A stretch of DNA of 64,000 nt, taken from IMG/VR virus record IMGVR_UViG_3300045988_132703; one strand, given 5' to 3'. The notes beneath the pieces are model-generated. The model made no database searches. It saw only the letters and a list, made by a program, of their open reading frames with translations, and had not been told where the DNA came from. The position numbers were made by a program, and so were the translations under genes. Each line of letters begins with the position of its first letter. Within the stretch, counting starts at the first letter, position 1. This DNA is from a virus. Below, piece after piece: positions 48,564 through 56,171 of the stretch.

Positions 48564-48828
48564 ATGATGATTAAGTATATTGAAGATTTGTTTTATCCAA
48601 TTGAATATCGTTTTTTTGAGTGCCTTTTGGCCTTGTAAAAAGTTTGAAGTAAATAAAGTAATTGATAAAGCGACGAAATATTGCCAGCAACATCATGTAA
48701 AATATAATGTAGGGAAAATTCAGAATATAGACATGAAAACTTATTATATAGTTTTCAATTATATCAAGCCTGAAAATGGAGAGATTCAGGGTCATGTAGT
48801 ATGGTGCGAAAATGAAAACAATCGTTAA
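48564..48828 (+). CDS. hypothetical protein (frame break in T7 run)
   Basis: ATG 48564 frame stops at 48636; track ORF 48580-48828 continues in the +1 frame; switch point is T7 at 48611-48617. Confidence 0.4.
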
Positions 48829-49105
48829 TCCTTTTTTGAGAAAGATTTGTAGATTAGACAGTTTTGATAAGATTCAGCAGAACATTAAGGATTATTACAA
48901 GAAATGGTTAGCTTTGGTTAAAGTTTACGATCCTGATGCTGATAACTATTACGATGATATTTGTGACTATCTTGAAAAACAACGGGTGCCTTATATGGAT
49001 TTCTCTTGTGATGAAGGAGATTACATTGAACGCACTTTGTTTACTTGGACCGATGGGAAGAGAATTTATGATGCTTACTTTGCGAGGGAGAAATTGCAGA
49101 CGTGA
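48812..49105 (+). CDS. hypothetical protein
   Basis: Track ORF; its 3' end is the left copy of the 42-bp direct repeat. Confidence 0.55.
   Translation: MKTIVNPFLRKICRLDSFDKIQQNIKDYYKKWLALVKVYDPDADNYYDDICDYLEKQRVPYMDFSCDEGDYIERTLFTWTDGKRIYDAYFAREKLQT
49055..49097 (+). repeat. direct repeat, left copy, flanking the GC-richer cassette
   Basis: GGGAAGAGAATTTATGATGCTTACTTTGCGAGGGAGAAATTGC. Confidence 0.8.
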
Positions 49106-49224
49106 TGCTTTGCGTGAGCGAATATCTTGATTGTAAAGGGCCTGATTATCTTGATCGCGTCATGCTGATGAAGCTCAAAAATCATGAGCGCTGGAAACAG
49201 CGATTGAAGGAGGATGGCAAATGA
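49105..49224 (+). CDS. hypothetical small protein
   Basis: 39-codon ORF; TGATG and ATGA overlaps; first gene of the GC-richer cassette. Confidence 0.4.
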   Translation: MLCVSEYLDCKGPDYLDRVMLMKLKNHERWKQRLKEDGK

Positions 49225-49436
49225 ACAACATACGATTTGATACCGAAAACAGCAAATGCGTTTCCGCCGAACAGATGATGCCGGACGAATTGCGCCAGCT
49301 GCACCGTCTGGCAATTGAGCGCCGCCTCGAAGCCTGTTTGGGCTGCGGGCTGGAACATAATTGCTCCGTGCATGGATGTGCCGTCATCCGCAAAGCATTG
49401 CGACTGTTAGGAGGTGAGGCGGATGCCTGTCTTTGA
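49221..49436 (+). CDS. hypothetical Cys-rich protein
   Basis: Track ORF; GC-richer. Confidence 0.5.
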   Translation: MNNIRFDTENSKCVSAEQMMPDELRQLHRLAIERRLEACLGCGLEHNCSVHGCAVIRKALRLLGGEADACL

Positions 49437-49689
49437 TTCTAACTGTATTTACGTCATTAAGTGCCTGGCCCTTGTGTTTGTTGTGGCCCCATGCGTGCTC
49501 TTTGCGGGCGGTATGCTGATCTGTGGGCTGATGTGGTGCGGATTGCGCATCACCCGTGCGATGCATCTGCGGCTGCTGGGACTGCCGCGGTGTGAGCGCT
49601 GCCGTTACTGGGGCACCGTCCAGTGCCCGCTGCATGGCCGCAACACGCCGGATGATTTTTGTAGTCGCGGTGAAAGGTGGGGTGACTGA
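49423..49689 (+). CDS. membrane protein with Cys-rich tail
   Basis: Track ORF 49414-49689; hydrophobic CLALVFVVAPCVLFAGGMLICGLMW. Confidence 0.5.
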   Translation: MPVFDSNCIYVIKCLALVFVVAPCVLFAGGMLICGLMWCGLRITRAMHLRLLGLPRCERCRYWGTVQCPLHGRNTPDDFCSRGERWGD

Positions 49690-49847
49690 TGGATATTCTG
49701 CTTTTGATCATCGGCAGTGCCGTTCTGGCCGCGCTGCTAGCCGCCGCCTACACCGCCGGGCTATGCGCCGGAAAAGCCGCTGCCCACATGGACGAGGACG
49801 ACGAACCGAAGATCTACATGGATCGCACGTATGGAGGTAAGGATTGA
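49689..49847 (+). CDS. small membrane protein
   Basis: 52-codon ORF MDILLLIIGSAVLAALLAAAY... Confidence 0.4.
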   Translation: MDILLLIIGSAVLAALLAAAYTAGLCAGKAAAHMDEDDEPKIYMDRTYGGKD

Positions 49848-50233
49848 TGGATGTTAGGGAAAAGCTGGTGGAGTTGCTTGATGATATGCAGAGAAGCGGA
49901 ACAGGTTATTTTGGCAGTGCTATCGAAAATAAAAAAATTGCCGACTATCTTATTCGACACGGCGTAACGGTGCAGGATTGGGTTTCGGTCAAGGATAGAT
50001 TGCCTGACGAGCACGAATCGTTATTTGCACGTTATAAGGACACAGACAAATGGCGCAATGCAATGTTCACAACGATTTCTGACCGTGTTATTGTATGCGC
50101 AGAGTATGAAAACGGAAAGCGTATAGTAAAAACGGCTAATACGGTTGATGGTGTTTGGAAGGTAAAAGATATTTTTCACCCGTGTAAAGTAACCCACTGG
50201 ATGCCAATGCCATATCCGCCGAAAGGAGAATGA
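49847..50233 (+). CDS. DUF551-like phage protein
   Basis: WVSVKDRLPDE ... VTHWMPMPYPP. Confidence 0.65.
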   Translation: MDVREKLVELLDDMQRSGTGYFGSAIENKKIADYLIRHGVTVQDWVSVKDRLPDEHESLFARYKDTDKWRNAMFTTISDRVIVCAEYENGKRIVKTANTVDGVWKVKDIFHPCKVTHWMPMPYPPKGE

Positions 50234-50239
50234 TTAAAT

Positions 50240-50482
50240 ATGGTTGAAAATGTTTGTGCTACTGTGAGCAATTACGCAACAGAAGCATTGCAAGACACCT
50301 TGAATTTCTATGGGAAAGAAGGTTTTTCTTTGGTTTCAACTCAAATGGCATCGGATAAATATGGGAGCCAAGTGATGTATTTGTTCTTTGTTCGGAACAC
50401 TGGAACAAATTGTATCCGCCGGAAGAAGAATGATTATGGACTTCAACAGCAAAGAGTGCCTATATCGGATTTTGTTTGCTAA
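50240..50482 (+). CDS. hypothetical protein
   Basis: Track ORF. Confidence 0.45.
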   Translation: MVENVCATVSNYATEALQDTLNFYGKEGFSLVSTQMASDKYGSQVMYLFFVRNTGTNCIRRKKNDYGLQQQRVPISDFVC

Positions 50483-50572
50483 AAAGTTTGATGTTCACGT
50501 TTGGAAAGAGGACTGCGACAGATATGAAACTGATTATTGCAAGAAACAGAAATCTCAGAAAGGAAAATAACA

Positions 50573-50848
50573 ATGGATGAGTATATCAATCGGGAATCGG
50601 TTTATGAAGATTTTGAGAAGTGCAATAGTGAAAATCCAAAATGGACACCGAGTAGGGTTAAGACGCTTATATCTCGTCAAAAAGCCGCAGACGTTGCCCC
50701 GGTGCGTCATGGGCGATGGGAATGTGGAAAGCCATGCCCCGTTTGCGGAGAGAACAGATTTAAGGGGCTTGATGCCGATATATGGGCTGATTGGGAGCCA
50801 CCTTATTGTCCAAATTGCGGCGCAAAAATGGATAGAGATGCTGACTGA
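50573..50848 (+). CDS. zinc-ribbon protein
   Basis: CPVCG...CPNCG; ATG 50573 within track ORF 50537-50848. Confidence 0.55.
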   Translation: MDEYINRESVYEDFEKCNSENPKWTPSRVKTLISRQKAADVAPVRHGRWECGKPCPVCGENRFKGLDADIWADWEPPYCPNCGAKMDRDAD

Positions 50849-51165
50849 TGGGTGTTAGAGGAAAGCTGATTGATTTGATTCTGGATGCAAAGAGAACAGA
50901 CCACGAAACAGGAAGCTTTACTGAATATCTTGCAGACTATCTTATCAGCAATGGCGTAACGGTGAAGGAGTGGATTTCGATTAAAGATAGGATGCCGGAA
51001 TATCCAGGGCATTATCTCATATGCACCAGTATCAATTACTGGTATGGCGGGTGCATGGAAATAAATGAAAACCATAAATATTATCCAAACGGTACGCCAG
51101 CTGGTTATGATGGCTCTACAATGAGTGTGATTAATTGTTACTACGATTGGGAAGAGAATTTATGA
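50848..51165 (+). CDS. DUF551-like paralog, C-terminus replaced at the cassette junction
   Basis: N-terminal 60 aa alignable with 49847-50233 (GVTVKEWISIKDRMPE); 3' end runs into the right direct repeat. Confidence 0.55.
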   Translation: MGVRGKLIDLILDAKRTDHETGSFTEYLADYLISNGVTVKEWISIKDRMPEYPGHYLICTSINYWYGGCMEINENHKYYPNGTPAGYDGSTMSVINCYYDWEENL

Positions 51166-51190
51166 TACTTACTTTGCATGGGAGATTTGC
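51149..51190 (+). repeat. direct repeat, right copy
   Basis: GGGAAGAGAATTTATGATACTTACTTTGCATGGGAGATTTGC; about 37 of 43 positions identical to the left copy. Confidence 0.8.
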
Positions 51191-51192
51191 TA

Positions 51193-51375
51193 ATGAATTG
51201 GCTAATTTTGATTGTAGGATATGTAATTATTCTTGGAGTATTTCTTAGCGCGAATGCGAATGCGAAAGCCTATAAAGACGAAGATGATGATGCTCCTTGG
51301 GTAGGAAATATGCTGTTAATGATGATTTTTGAATTGTTGTGGATTATTATTTGGGCCAATGCTTTTGGGATATAA
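51193..51375 (+). CDS. small membrane protein
   Basis: ATG 51193; two hydrophobic helices. Confidence 0.5.
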   Translation: MNWLILIVGYVIILGVFLSANANAKAYKDEDDDAPWVGNMLLMMIFELLWIIIWANAFGI

Positions 51376-51376
51376 A

Positions 51377-51679
51377 ATGAAAAATGGATTAATTCATATT
51401 GACGATTTGCGCGAAATGGATAAAATCGCGGCAAGCATGGATAAAGATTATACTCTTGAAGATTTGATTCAAGCGGTTGAATGCAAAGGAGAGTTTACTC
51501 GTCCGCATTCATTTGTTGTTAGAGCAAAAGCAGAAAAAATATGCTCTGCGCGAGAAAATGAACAGTATCTTGAGTGCGACCATTGTAAGCATAAAGTTGA
51601 TTGGAATAAATGGAACTCTGAATGGAATTATTGTCCATTCTGTGGGTTCCCAATTATTCGATGGACGGAGGAAGATTGA
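51377..51679 (+). CDS. zinc-ribbon protein
   Basis: CDHCKH...CPFCG; ATG 51377. Confidence 0.5.
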   Translation: MKNGLIHIDDLREMDKIAASMDKDYTLEDLIQAVECKGEFTRPHSFVVRAKAEKICSARENEQYLECDHCKHKVDWNKWNSEWNYCPFCGFPIIRWTEED

Positions 51680-51870
51680 TGACTGCTTTAGAAGCTAAAA
51701 GAGCCGCGGACAATTTTAATCAAACTTATTCAAAAGAATGACGGAAAAACAGCAGAGTACTTGAATAAGAAAATTGAGGAAGCTGCTTATCAAGGTAATT
51801 AATTGGGACATTCTCAAAAAGAGCAACCAAAAGAAGAGAAAAAGAAATGGTTTTGGTAGAAAGGTTGATT
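51679..51870 (+). pseudogene. decayed copy of the 51874-53377 paralog family
   Basis: MTALEAKRAADNF.. start resembles 51874 gene (MISAKEAKSFADEV); frame break at A4 run near 51735, in-frame TAA 51800, ends ..KKWFW like the family. Confidence 0.35.
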
Positions 51871-51873
51871 TGA

Positions 51874-52248
51874 ATGATTAGTGCAAAAGAAGCTAAAAGT
51901 TTTGCTGACGAAGTGACCATTGCCGCACGCCAGCGCAAAGAATATCCGATTTTGATTGGTGACATCGAACGAGAGATTACTCGTGCGGCAAAGATGGGTA
52001 GATACTCTATTCATTATTGGTTGACTGATGTTTCTTTTGGTATGATGGAGAGTTCTTTGAATTTGAATGATCCAGTAGTGAGCGCGCAGTTTAATAATAG
52101 ATCGGATTCTTCTTTGTATGCAAAGATTAAAAATGATTTAATTGAAGCTGGTTACGAAGTTGATGAAGATTTTGGTCCTGCTTCGATGTATTACTGGACT
52201 ATTAAGTGGGATAAAGAGGATGATGGTTATGATTTTATTCGGATCTGA
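51874..52248 (+). CDS. paralog family member 1 (..EAGYEV..W)
   Basis: Track ORF; LIEAGYEVDEDFGP..YYWTIKW. Confidence 0.6.
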   Translation: MISAKEAKSFADEVTIAARQRKEYPILIGDIEREITRAAKMGRYSIHYWLTDVSFGMMESSLNLNDPVVSAQFNNRSDSSLYAKIKNDLIEAGYEVDEDFGPASMYYWTIKWDKEDDGYDFIRI

Positions 52249-52525
52249 AGATGCTATTGGAGTTTCTCAACTCAATAGAGAGATTATGGATTTTCTCGCT
52301 ATTGCAGAACCAGCAGTAATGATGAAGATTAAAGAAGCAGCTAATCGTGGAGAGTTTGGCTTTTGGTGGTCGAGTAAGAAGAATAAAAAGGTTGCTGATA
52401 TTCTTTTTTCTGATAAGATAGGTGTTGAACCTGATAGTAAGTTTATGGCAGCTTTGTTCCATTCGTTGAAAGAAGCAGGTTATAAAGTTAAAACTGATTG
52501 TATAGGTGATTTAAATGAATATTGA
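52223..52525 (+). CDS. paralog family member 2
   Basis: LKEAGYKVKTD; start chosen after AAAGAGGA (track ORF 52142-52525). Confidence 0.55.
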   Translation: MVMILFGSEDAIGVSQLNREIMDFLAIAEPAVMMKIKEAANRGEFGFWWSSKKNKKVADILFSDKIGVEPDSKFMAALFHSLKEAGYKVKTDCIGDLNEY

Positions 52526-52811
52526 TGCCACCACTGCGGACAGAATTGCTTATGTAATAAATAATAATTATATTGAAGAATTTTCAGGTGAAGATACCGG
52601 AGAAGCAGTATCAACAATTGATTTTATAATGAAACAAATTATTAAAGCCGCGCTCCATGGGGAATATAGTTTGGAAATTATTTGGACTCGTAATGATAAT
52701 AATGAACAACTAACTCAAGAAGTTGAGGATTACTTAATTTACAAAATGGGTTATAACATTGAAGAACGATTTCCCGATGGTCCTAACGGTAGTATTGTGA
52801 TTAAATGGTAA
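52515..52811 (+). CDS. paralog family member 3
   Basis: YKMGYNIEERF..IVIKW. Confidence 0.55.
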   Translation: MNIDATTADRIAYVINNNYIEEFSGEDTGEAVSTIDFIMKQIIKAALHGEYSLEIIWTRNDNNEQLTQEVEDYLIYKMGYNIEERFPDGPNGSIVIKW

Positions 52812-52829
52812 ATCAAAAGGAGAATTAAT

Positions 52830-53084
52830 ATGTATTTTAGTGCTAAACGAGCAGATTGGTTGAGAGAGAATGGTTACTGTCCTGAAGTAGGTTCTTTCAA
52901 AGAAGCTCAGCGAGTTCTTGATTGGCTGATGGCTGATATTTATGTAGCTGCGATAGCCGGAGATACGAAAATTGAAATGTATTGCCCAGATAAACATTCG
53001 ATTGAAATTGAGGATAAGTTGAAGGATTTGGGGTATGAAGTTGAATATGATGGCGGTGCCGAAGTGCTGAAGGTTCAATGGTGA
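52830..53084 (+). CDS. paralog family member 4
   Basis: LKDLGYEVEYDGGAEVLKVQW. Confidence 0.6.
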   Translation: MYFSAKRADWLRENGYCPEVGSFKEAQRVLDWLMADIYVAAIAGDTKIEMYCPDKHSIEIEDKLKDLGYEVEYDGGAEVLKVQW

Positions 53085-53089
53085 GTTAA

Positions 53090-53377
53090 ATGAAATTTGA
53101 TTGCAGAATTCCTCGTGCTCTTATGATGCCTAGGGTGTCTAATTTCCCCTTTAAAGAAGCTCAAGAAATTTATTGTCAGCAAAGAATCTTGGATGATATA
53201 ATGGAAAGAATTTATGACAATTCTTGCCGTAAAATCGGTTGTGCAAAATTTAAGATGCGTGACGGTAAGACTTTTTCAGTCATTTATAATGAATTGAAAA
53301 GTCTCGGGTATGACGTAGAGTATGAGAAAGAACCGCTTGAAGACGGAGTTTTAGTAAAAATGAAGATAATGTGGTAA
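53090..53377 (+). CDS. paralog family member 5
   Basis: LKSLGYDVEYEKEPLEDGVLVKMKIMW. Confidence 0.6.
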   Translation: MKFDCRIPRALMMPRVSNFPFKEAQEIYCQQRILDDIMERIYDNSCRKIGCAKFKMRDGKTFSVIYNELKSLGYDVEYEKEPLEDGVLVKMKIMW

Positions 53378-53382
53378 CTTCA

Positions 53383-53407
53383 AGAGAGGAAAATCCTCTC
53401 TTTTTTA
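53383..53407 (+). terminator. terminator closing the + strand early region
   Basis: AGAGAGGA-aaa-TCCTCTCT then TTTTT. Confidence 0.65.
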
Positions 53408-53498
53408 TTGCGCGGGAAGATGAAAATTTTTAGAATTTCCTTTTATGCTTACTACTCTTTAAATGATTCTGAGGGAAATTCCTATCTAAATTATAATT

Positions 53499-54130
53499 AA
53501 AAGAGAAAATTAAGAGAAAGAAAGAAAGAAAGAAAGGACGAAGCCTTAACCATCGGGGATAATGCAGCGCTAGTGAGCGAGATTGGGCTTGCCGCAAGCG
53601 CAGCGGGAGGCAAGGCGAATAACGAAGCGAACGGTGCGAGCGACAGCGAGCGCTCAAATGAAATAATAAATTAGAAAAGAAAAAGAGAACCCTATCGCTG
53701 CACTAAAAAGCGATAGGGTTCAATTTATATAATTAAGAAATTAAATAAAGAGAAAGAGAGAGAAAAAGAGGGAGGTGGGAGAGGGAGAAGAAAGAGGGAG
53801 AGGGAAGGGAAGAGAAGAAGAGAAAAGAAGAAAGAGGGAGAGGAAAATGGGATAAGAAGGAGAGAAAAAGAAGGAGAGAAAATGAAAAATGAAAATAAAA
53901 TGAGAGGGAGAGGGGTACAATTCGGGCTAAAGAGAGAAAATCAAAGCAATCCAAAATCCAAAAATTAGAAAAAAATGACACTTAGAGGGAGAGGGAGAGG
54001 GATTGAAGTTAAGAAATTAAATAGAAAGAGAAGGAAAAAGAAAGAAAGAAAAGAAAAATGAAAAAGAGGGAGAGGGAAAAAGAAGGATAAAGAGAGAGAG
54101 AAAAAGAGGAAGAACGAGAAAACTCCCCGC
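53499..54130 (+). repeat. polypurine (A/G) tract on the + strand with AGAGGGAGAGG iterons
   Basis: 53733-54130 is over 90 percent purine by eye; AGAGGGAGAGG at 53793, 53833, 53903, 53983 (tandem) and 54065; TTAAGAAATTAAATA at 53732 and 54008. Confidence 0.85.
53687..53721. other. 13-bp perfect hairpin inside the purine-rich region
   Basis: GAACCCTATCGCT-gcactaaaa-AGCGATAGGGTTC. Confidence 0.6.
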
Positions 54131-54332
54131 CCGACCACCGACGGAGAAACCCAACGTCACCATCCATCCCGTGGCTCCGGCTAATTATATAATGATTTTT
54201 AATGGGCCGAAAAGTAAAACCCGCCCACCTAAAATTTTTGGTAGCGGGATTGATTGGGATGGATGGGAATCCTCTGAAATGAGCTAGTCCACAACTCTTT
54301 ACAAAAGTCAAGTATTAAACTCAATAAAAAAT

Positions 54333-54365
54333 ATAAAAAAAAGAGCCACGAATCCCGTGGCTCCG
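54333..54365 (-). terminator. terminator of the leftward unit ending at 54374
   Basis: Minus strand GAGCCACG-ggatt-CGTGGCTC then T8. Confidence 0.7.
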
Positions 54366-54373
54366 GATCATAA

Positions 54374-54613
54374 TTATTGCGCGGAACGCATTTTCAGCTT
54401 ATCATTCCAATCCTCAACCGCATCATCAATGTCGAAGTTCTTCTTGGCAGTGAGCGAAAAGACAACCCAAATTTCCTCTCCGTTGACTTCCTCAAGAGAA
54501 GCCCATTTATAATCGTCAATCTGGATGCAATCGCTGACAAAATCTTTGCATCGTTCCTTTGTTAAATCCTTGGCGGCTTTGAGTTTTTGCTGCTGATTCA
54601 TCTTATTTTTCAT
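54374..54613 (-). CDS. small protein related to the basic-tail family
   Basis: ATG at 54613 after AAAGGAAAAA; N-terminal KLKAAK stretch; track ORF 54374-54658. Confidence 0.5.
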   Translation of the reverse strand: MKNKMNQQQKLKAAKDLTKERCKDFVSDCIQIDDYKWASLEEVNGEEIWVVFSLTAKKNFDIDDAVEDWNDKLKMRSAQ

Positions 54614-54797
54614 TGGTTTTTCCTTTCTTTGCGCGCGGAGTATAGTCATTTCTGCCACAAATCGCGCATGGAAAAACAGAAATGTAGCCTTCGCTATTGG
54701 TAAAAGTGTTCAAAACTGTATTGAATTTGAGACATTTTTTTGCCCCGAACTGAAGACTAGTACAGCCGTTGCAAATTTCGTCGCGTGAAATCTTCAT
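54603..54797 (-). CDS. zinc-ribbon protein
   Basis: AGGAGA then ATG at 54797; CNGC...CAIC. Confidence 0.5.
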   Translation of the reverse strand: MKISRDEICNGCTSLQFGAKKCLKFNTVLNTFTNSEGYISVFPCAICGRNDYTPRAKKGKTNEK

Positions 54798-54830
54798 TTT
54801 CGATTCTCCTTTTATCTTCTTTATAATTAT

Positions 54831-54859
54831 ATTATACCACAAAGTTGCGCTTTTGTCAA
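54831..54859 (-). promoter_or_regulatory. sigma70-type promoter
   Basis: Minus strand TTGACA-17-TATAAT, TGg extension. Confidence 0.6.
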
Positions 54860-54894
54860 TATTTGGCGCTGATTTAAAAAAGTTTTTTTTGCTT

Positions 54895-54923
54895 ATTATA
54901 TCATACTTTTGAGTAAAAGTCAA
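54895..54923 (-). promoter_or_regulatory. sigma70-type promoter (tandem, cassette-like)
   Basis: Minus strand TTGACT-17-TATAAT, TGa extension. Confidence 0.6.
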
Positions 54924-54943
54924 GTTTTTGAGTTCGGCGCGAA

Positions 54944-54980
54944 TAAAAAAAGATGCGCAGAATCATCCGCGCATCCTTTT
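54944..54980. terminator. bidirectional hairpin terminator
   Basis: A7-GATGCGC-(10 nt)-GCGCATC-CTTTT. Confidence 0.45.
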
Positions 54981-55293
54981 GATGTACTACTCGATCTTTT
55001 TAAACTCAATCAGCTGAGATTCTAATTGAGTTATGCCATTTTGAATTTGATTTGTACTTTTGAGTTGATCATTTTGATTGAAAACTCTTGACTTTGGCTG
55101 GCTTTTGGAGCTTAAAACTCCAGAATTTTGAGCACCTTCGCTCTCAAAACCCTACCAGTCAAGTAGAAAATGAGCGCCAAACTGATTTGACGATACTACG
55201 CACTTTTTATTTGGCGTAGCTACGTCGATTTTTTCAACGCTGGAACGCGATTTATTTTCATCGTTCCTATGTCTTTTCTCATTTTCTATAAAT

Positions 55294-55322
55294 ATTATAT
55301 CATATATTTGCTCTTGAGTCAA
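55294..55322 (-). promoter_or_regulatory. early cassette promoter copy on the minus strand
   Basis: Minus strand TTGACT-17-TATAAT followed by ATTTATAGAAAATGAGAAAAG leader; no convincing ORF downstream. Confidence 0.6.
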
Positions 55323-55408
55323 TAATTTGACGTAGCAGCGTTATTTTTGGCTTGAAAAGTTACGATTTAGGTACAATTTTGCGCATTTTTATTCATTTGT
55401 GCGCCCGA

Positions 55409-55430
55409 TTGTTAAATTTTTAACAAAGTT
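55409..55430. repeat. module A (AT-rich palindrome)
   Basis: TTGTTAAATTTTTAACAAAGTT. Confidence 0.6.
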
Positions 55431-55538
55431 CGCGCTAAAAAATAACGATAAGACGCGAAAAATTGCTGGAAATAACTGGAAAATTGAATTTTTGAATAAA
55501 TATTCAAGAAAAAAGTTTTATTTTACTCGAAAAAATAC

Positions 55539-55567
55539 TTGACATATTGCAAAAAGTATGGTAAAAT
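55539..55567 (+). promoter_or_regulatory. sigma70-type promoter facing the repeat array
   Basis: TTGACA-17-TAAAAT, TGg extension. Confidence 0.55.
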
Positions 55568-55596
55568 GGTATTGTGGAAGAGTGTTGACTATTTTT

Positions 55597-55702
55597 GGCC
55601 CGGTTAGTTAGCTATGACTAACTTTGCCCGGGTGAAACTAGTTAATCATGCCTAACCTCTTGCCCGGGTAAAATTGCCGGGACGAGTTAGTTATAACTAA
55701 CC
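55597..55702. repeat. array of three C-type palindromes interleaved with four (G)CCCGG(G) boxes
   Basis: GGCCCGG-GTTAGTTAGCTATGACTAAC..GCCCGGG..AGTTAATCATGCCTAAC..GCCCGGG..GCCGGG..AGTTAGTTATAACTAAC. Confidence 0.75.
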
Positions 55703-55723
55703 ATAGAGTTCTCCTCCCCTTTT

Positions 55724-55752
55724 ATTATAACATAAAAGATAGGACTTGTCAA
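55724..55752 (-). promoter_or_regulatory. sigma70-type promoter facing the repeat array
   Basis: Minus strand TTGACA-17-TATAAT, then GGAGGAG and a 5-codon ORF. Confidence 0.55.
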
Positions 55753-55755
55753 GCC

Positions 55756-55805
55756 TGTTATTTATTTAACAATGTTTTGCCCGGGCAAGTTAGGCATGAC
55801 TAACT
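55756..55805. repeat. A-B-C intergenic module
   Basis: TGTTATTTATTTAACAATG / GCCCGGGC / AGTTAGGCATGACTAACT. Confidence 0.75.
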
Positions 55806-55811
55806 TCGAGT

Positions 55812-55843
55812 CAAAAGAAAAGAGGGTGAATCACTTCACCCTC
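55812..55843 (-). terminator. terminator of 55851-56171
   Basis: Minus strand GAGGGTGAA-gtga-TTCACCCTC then TTTTCTTTT. Confidence 0.65.
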
Positions 55844-55850
55844 GATTCTG

Positions 55851-56171
55851 TCAAGCCTTCTTCTTGGCGGCACGCTCCTGAGCCTTGCGTTCCTTTTCAG
55901 CGGCCTTTTCCACGGCTACGCGCTCCTTTTCCTCGCGCTCAAATTCCCAATCACCGCAAGCCTGCTCAATGTCGAACGCAGGCACCTTGTCAGTGGCAAT
56001 AGGGTTGGCGCAAGTAAACGCAATCTTTACCCAGCAGGTCACACCGTCAACCTCAGTAGGCAGTGCAAAAGTCGATGCGCCAATCTGACGCGCACTCTCA
56101 GGCAGAATCATGCCGATGATGTTAGACTTAGCAGTGGACAGAATCTCGGACTTCTTCATAGTGGTAGCCAT
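55851..56171 (-). CDS. small protein with Lys/Ala/Glu-rich basic tail, paralog 1
   Basis: MATTMKKSEILS.. N-domain; tail EKERVAVEKAAEKERKAQERAAKKKA; GC-richer. Confidence 0.65.
   Translation of the reverse strand: MATTMKKSEILSTAKSNIIGMILPESARQIGASTFALPTEVDGVTCWVKIAFTCANPIATDKVPAFDIEQACGDWEFEREEKERVAVEKAAEKERKAQERAAKKKA

Larger units (their letters stand above)
49098..51148 (+). mobile_element. 2-kb GC-richer gene cassette (about 9 small ORFs) between direct repeats
   Basis: Composition contrast by eye; DUF551-like and Zn-ribbon genes typical of temperate Bacillota phages; no integrase or transposase seen. Confidence 0.5.

Noticed and set aside
53430-54311. Minus-strand track ORFs 53430-53657, 53733-53981 and 54009-54311 (S/L/F/P-rich), and the stop-free + strand frames across the polypurine tract
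   Set aside because: A tract with almost no T on one strand cannot encode TAA/TAG/TGA on that strand. Its complement yields only pyrimidine-rich codons. The open frames are therefore a compositional artefact. They have no SD or start context and give low-complexity products.
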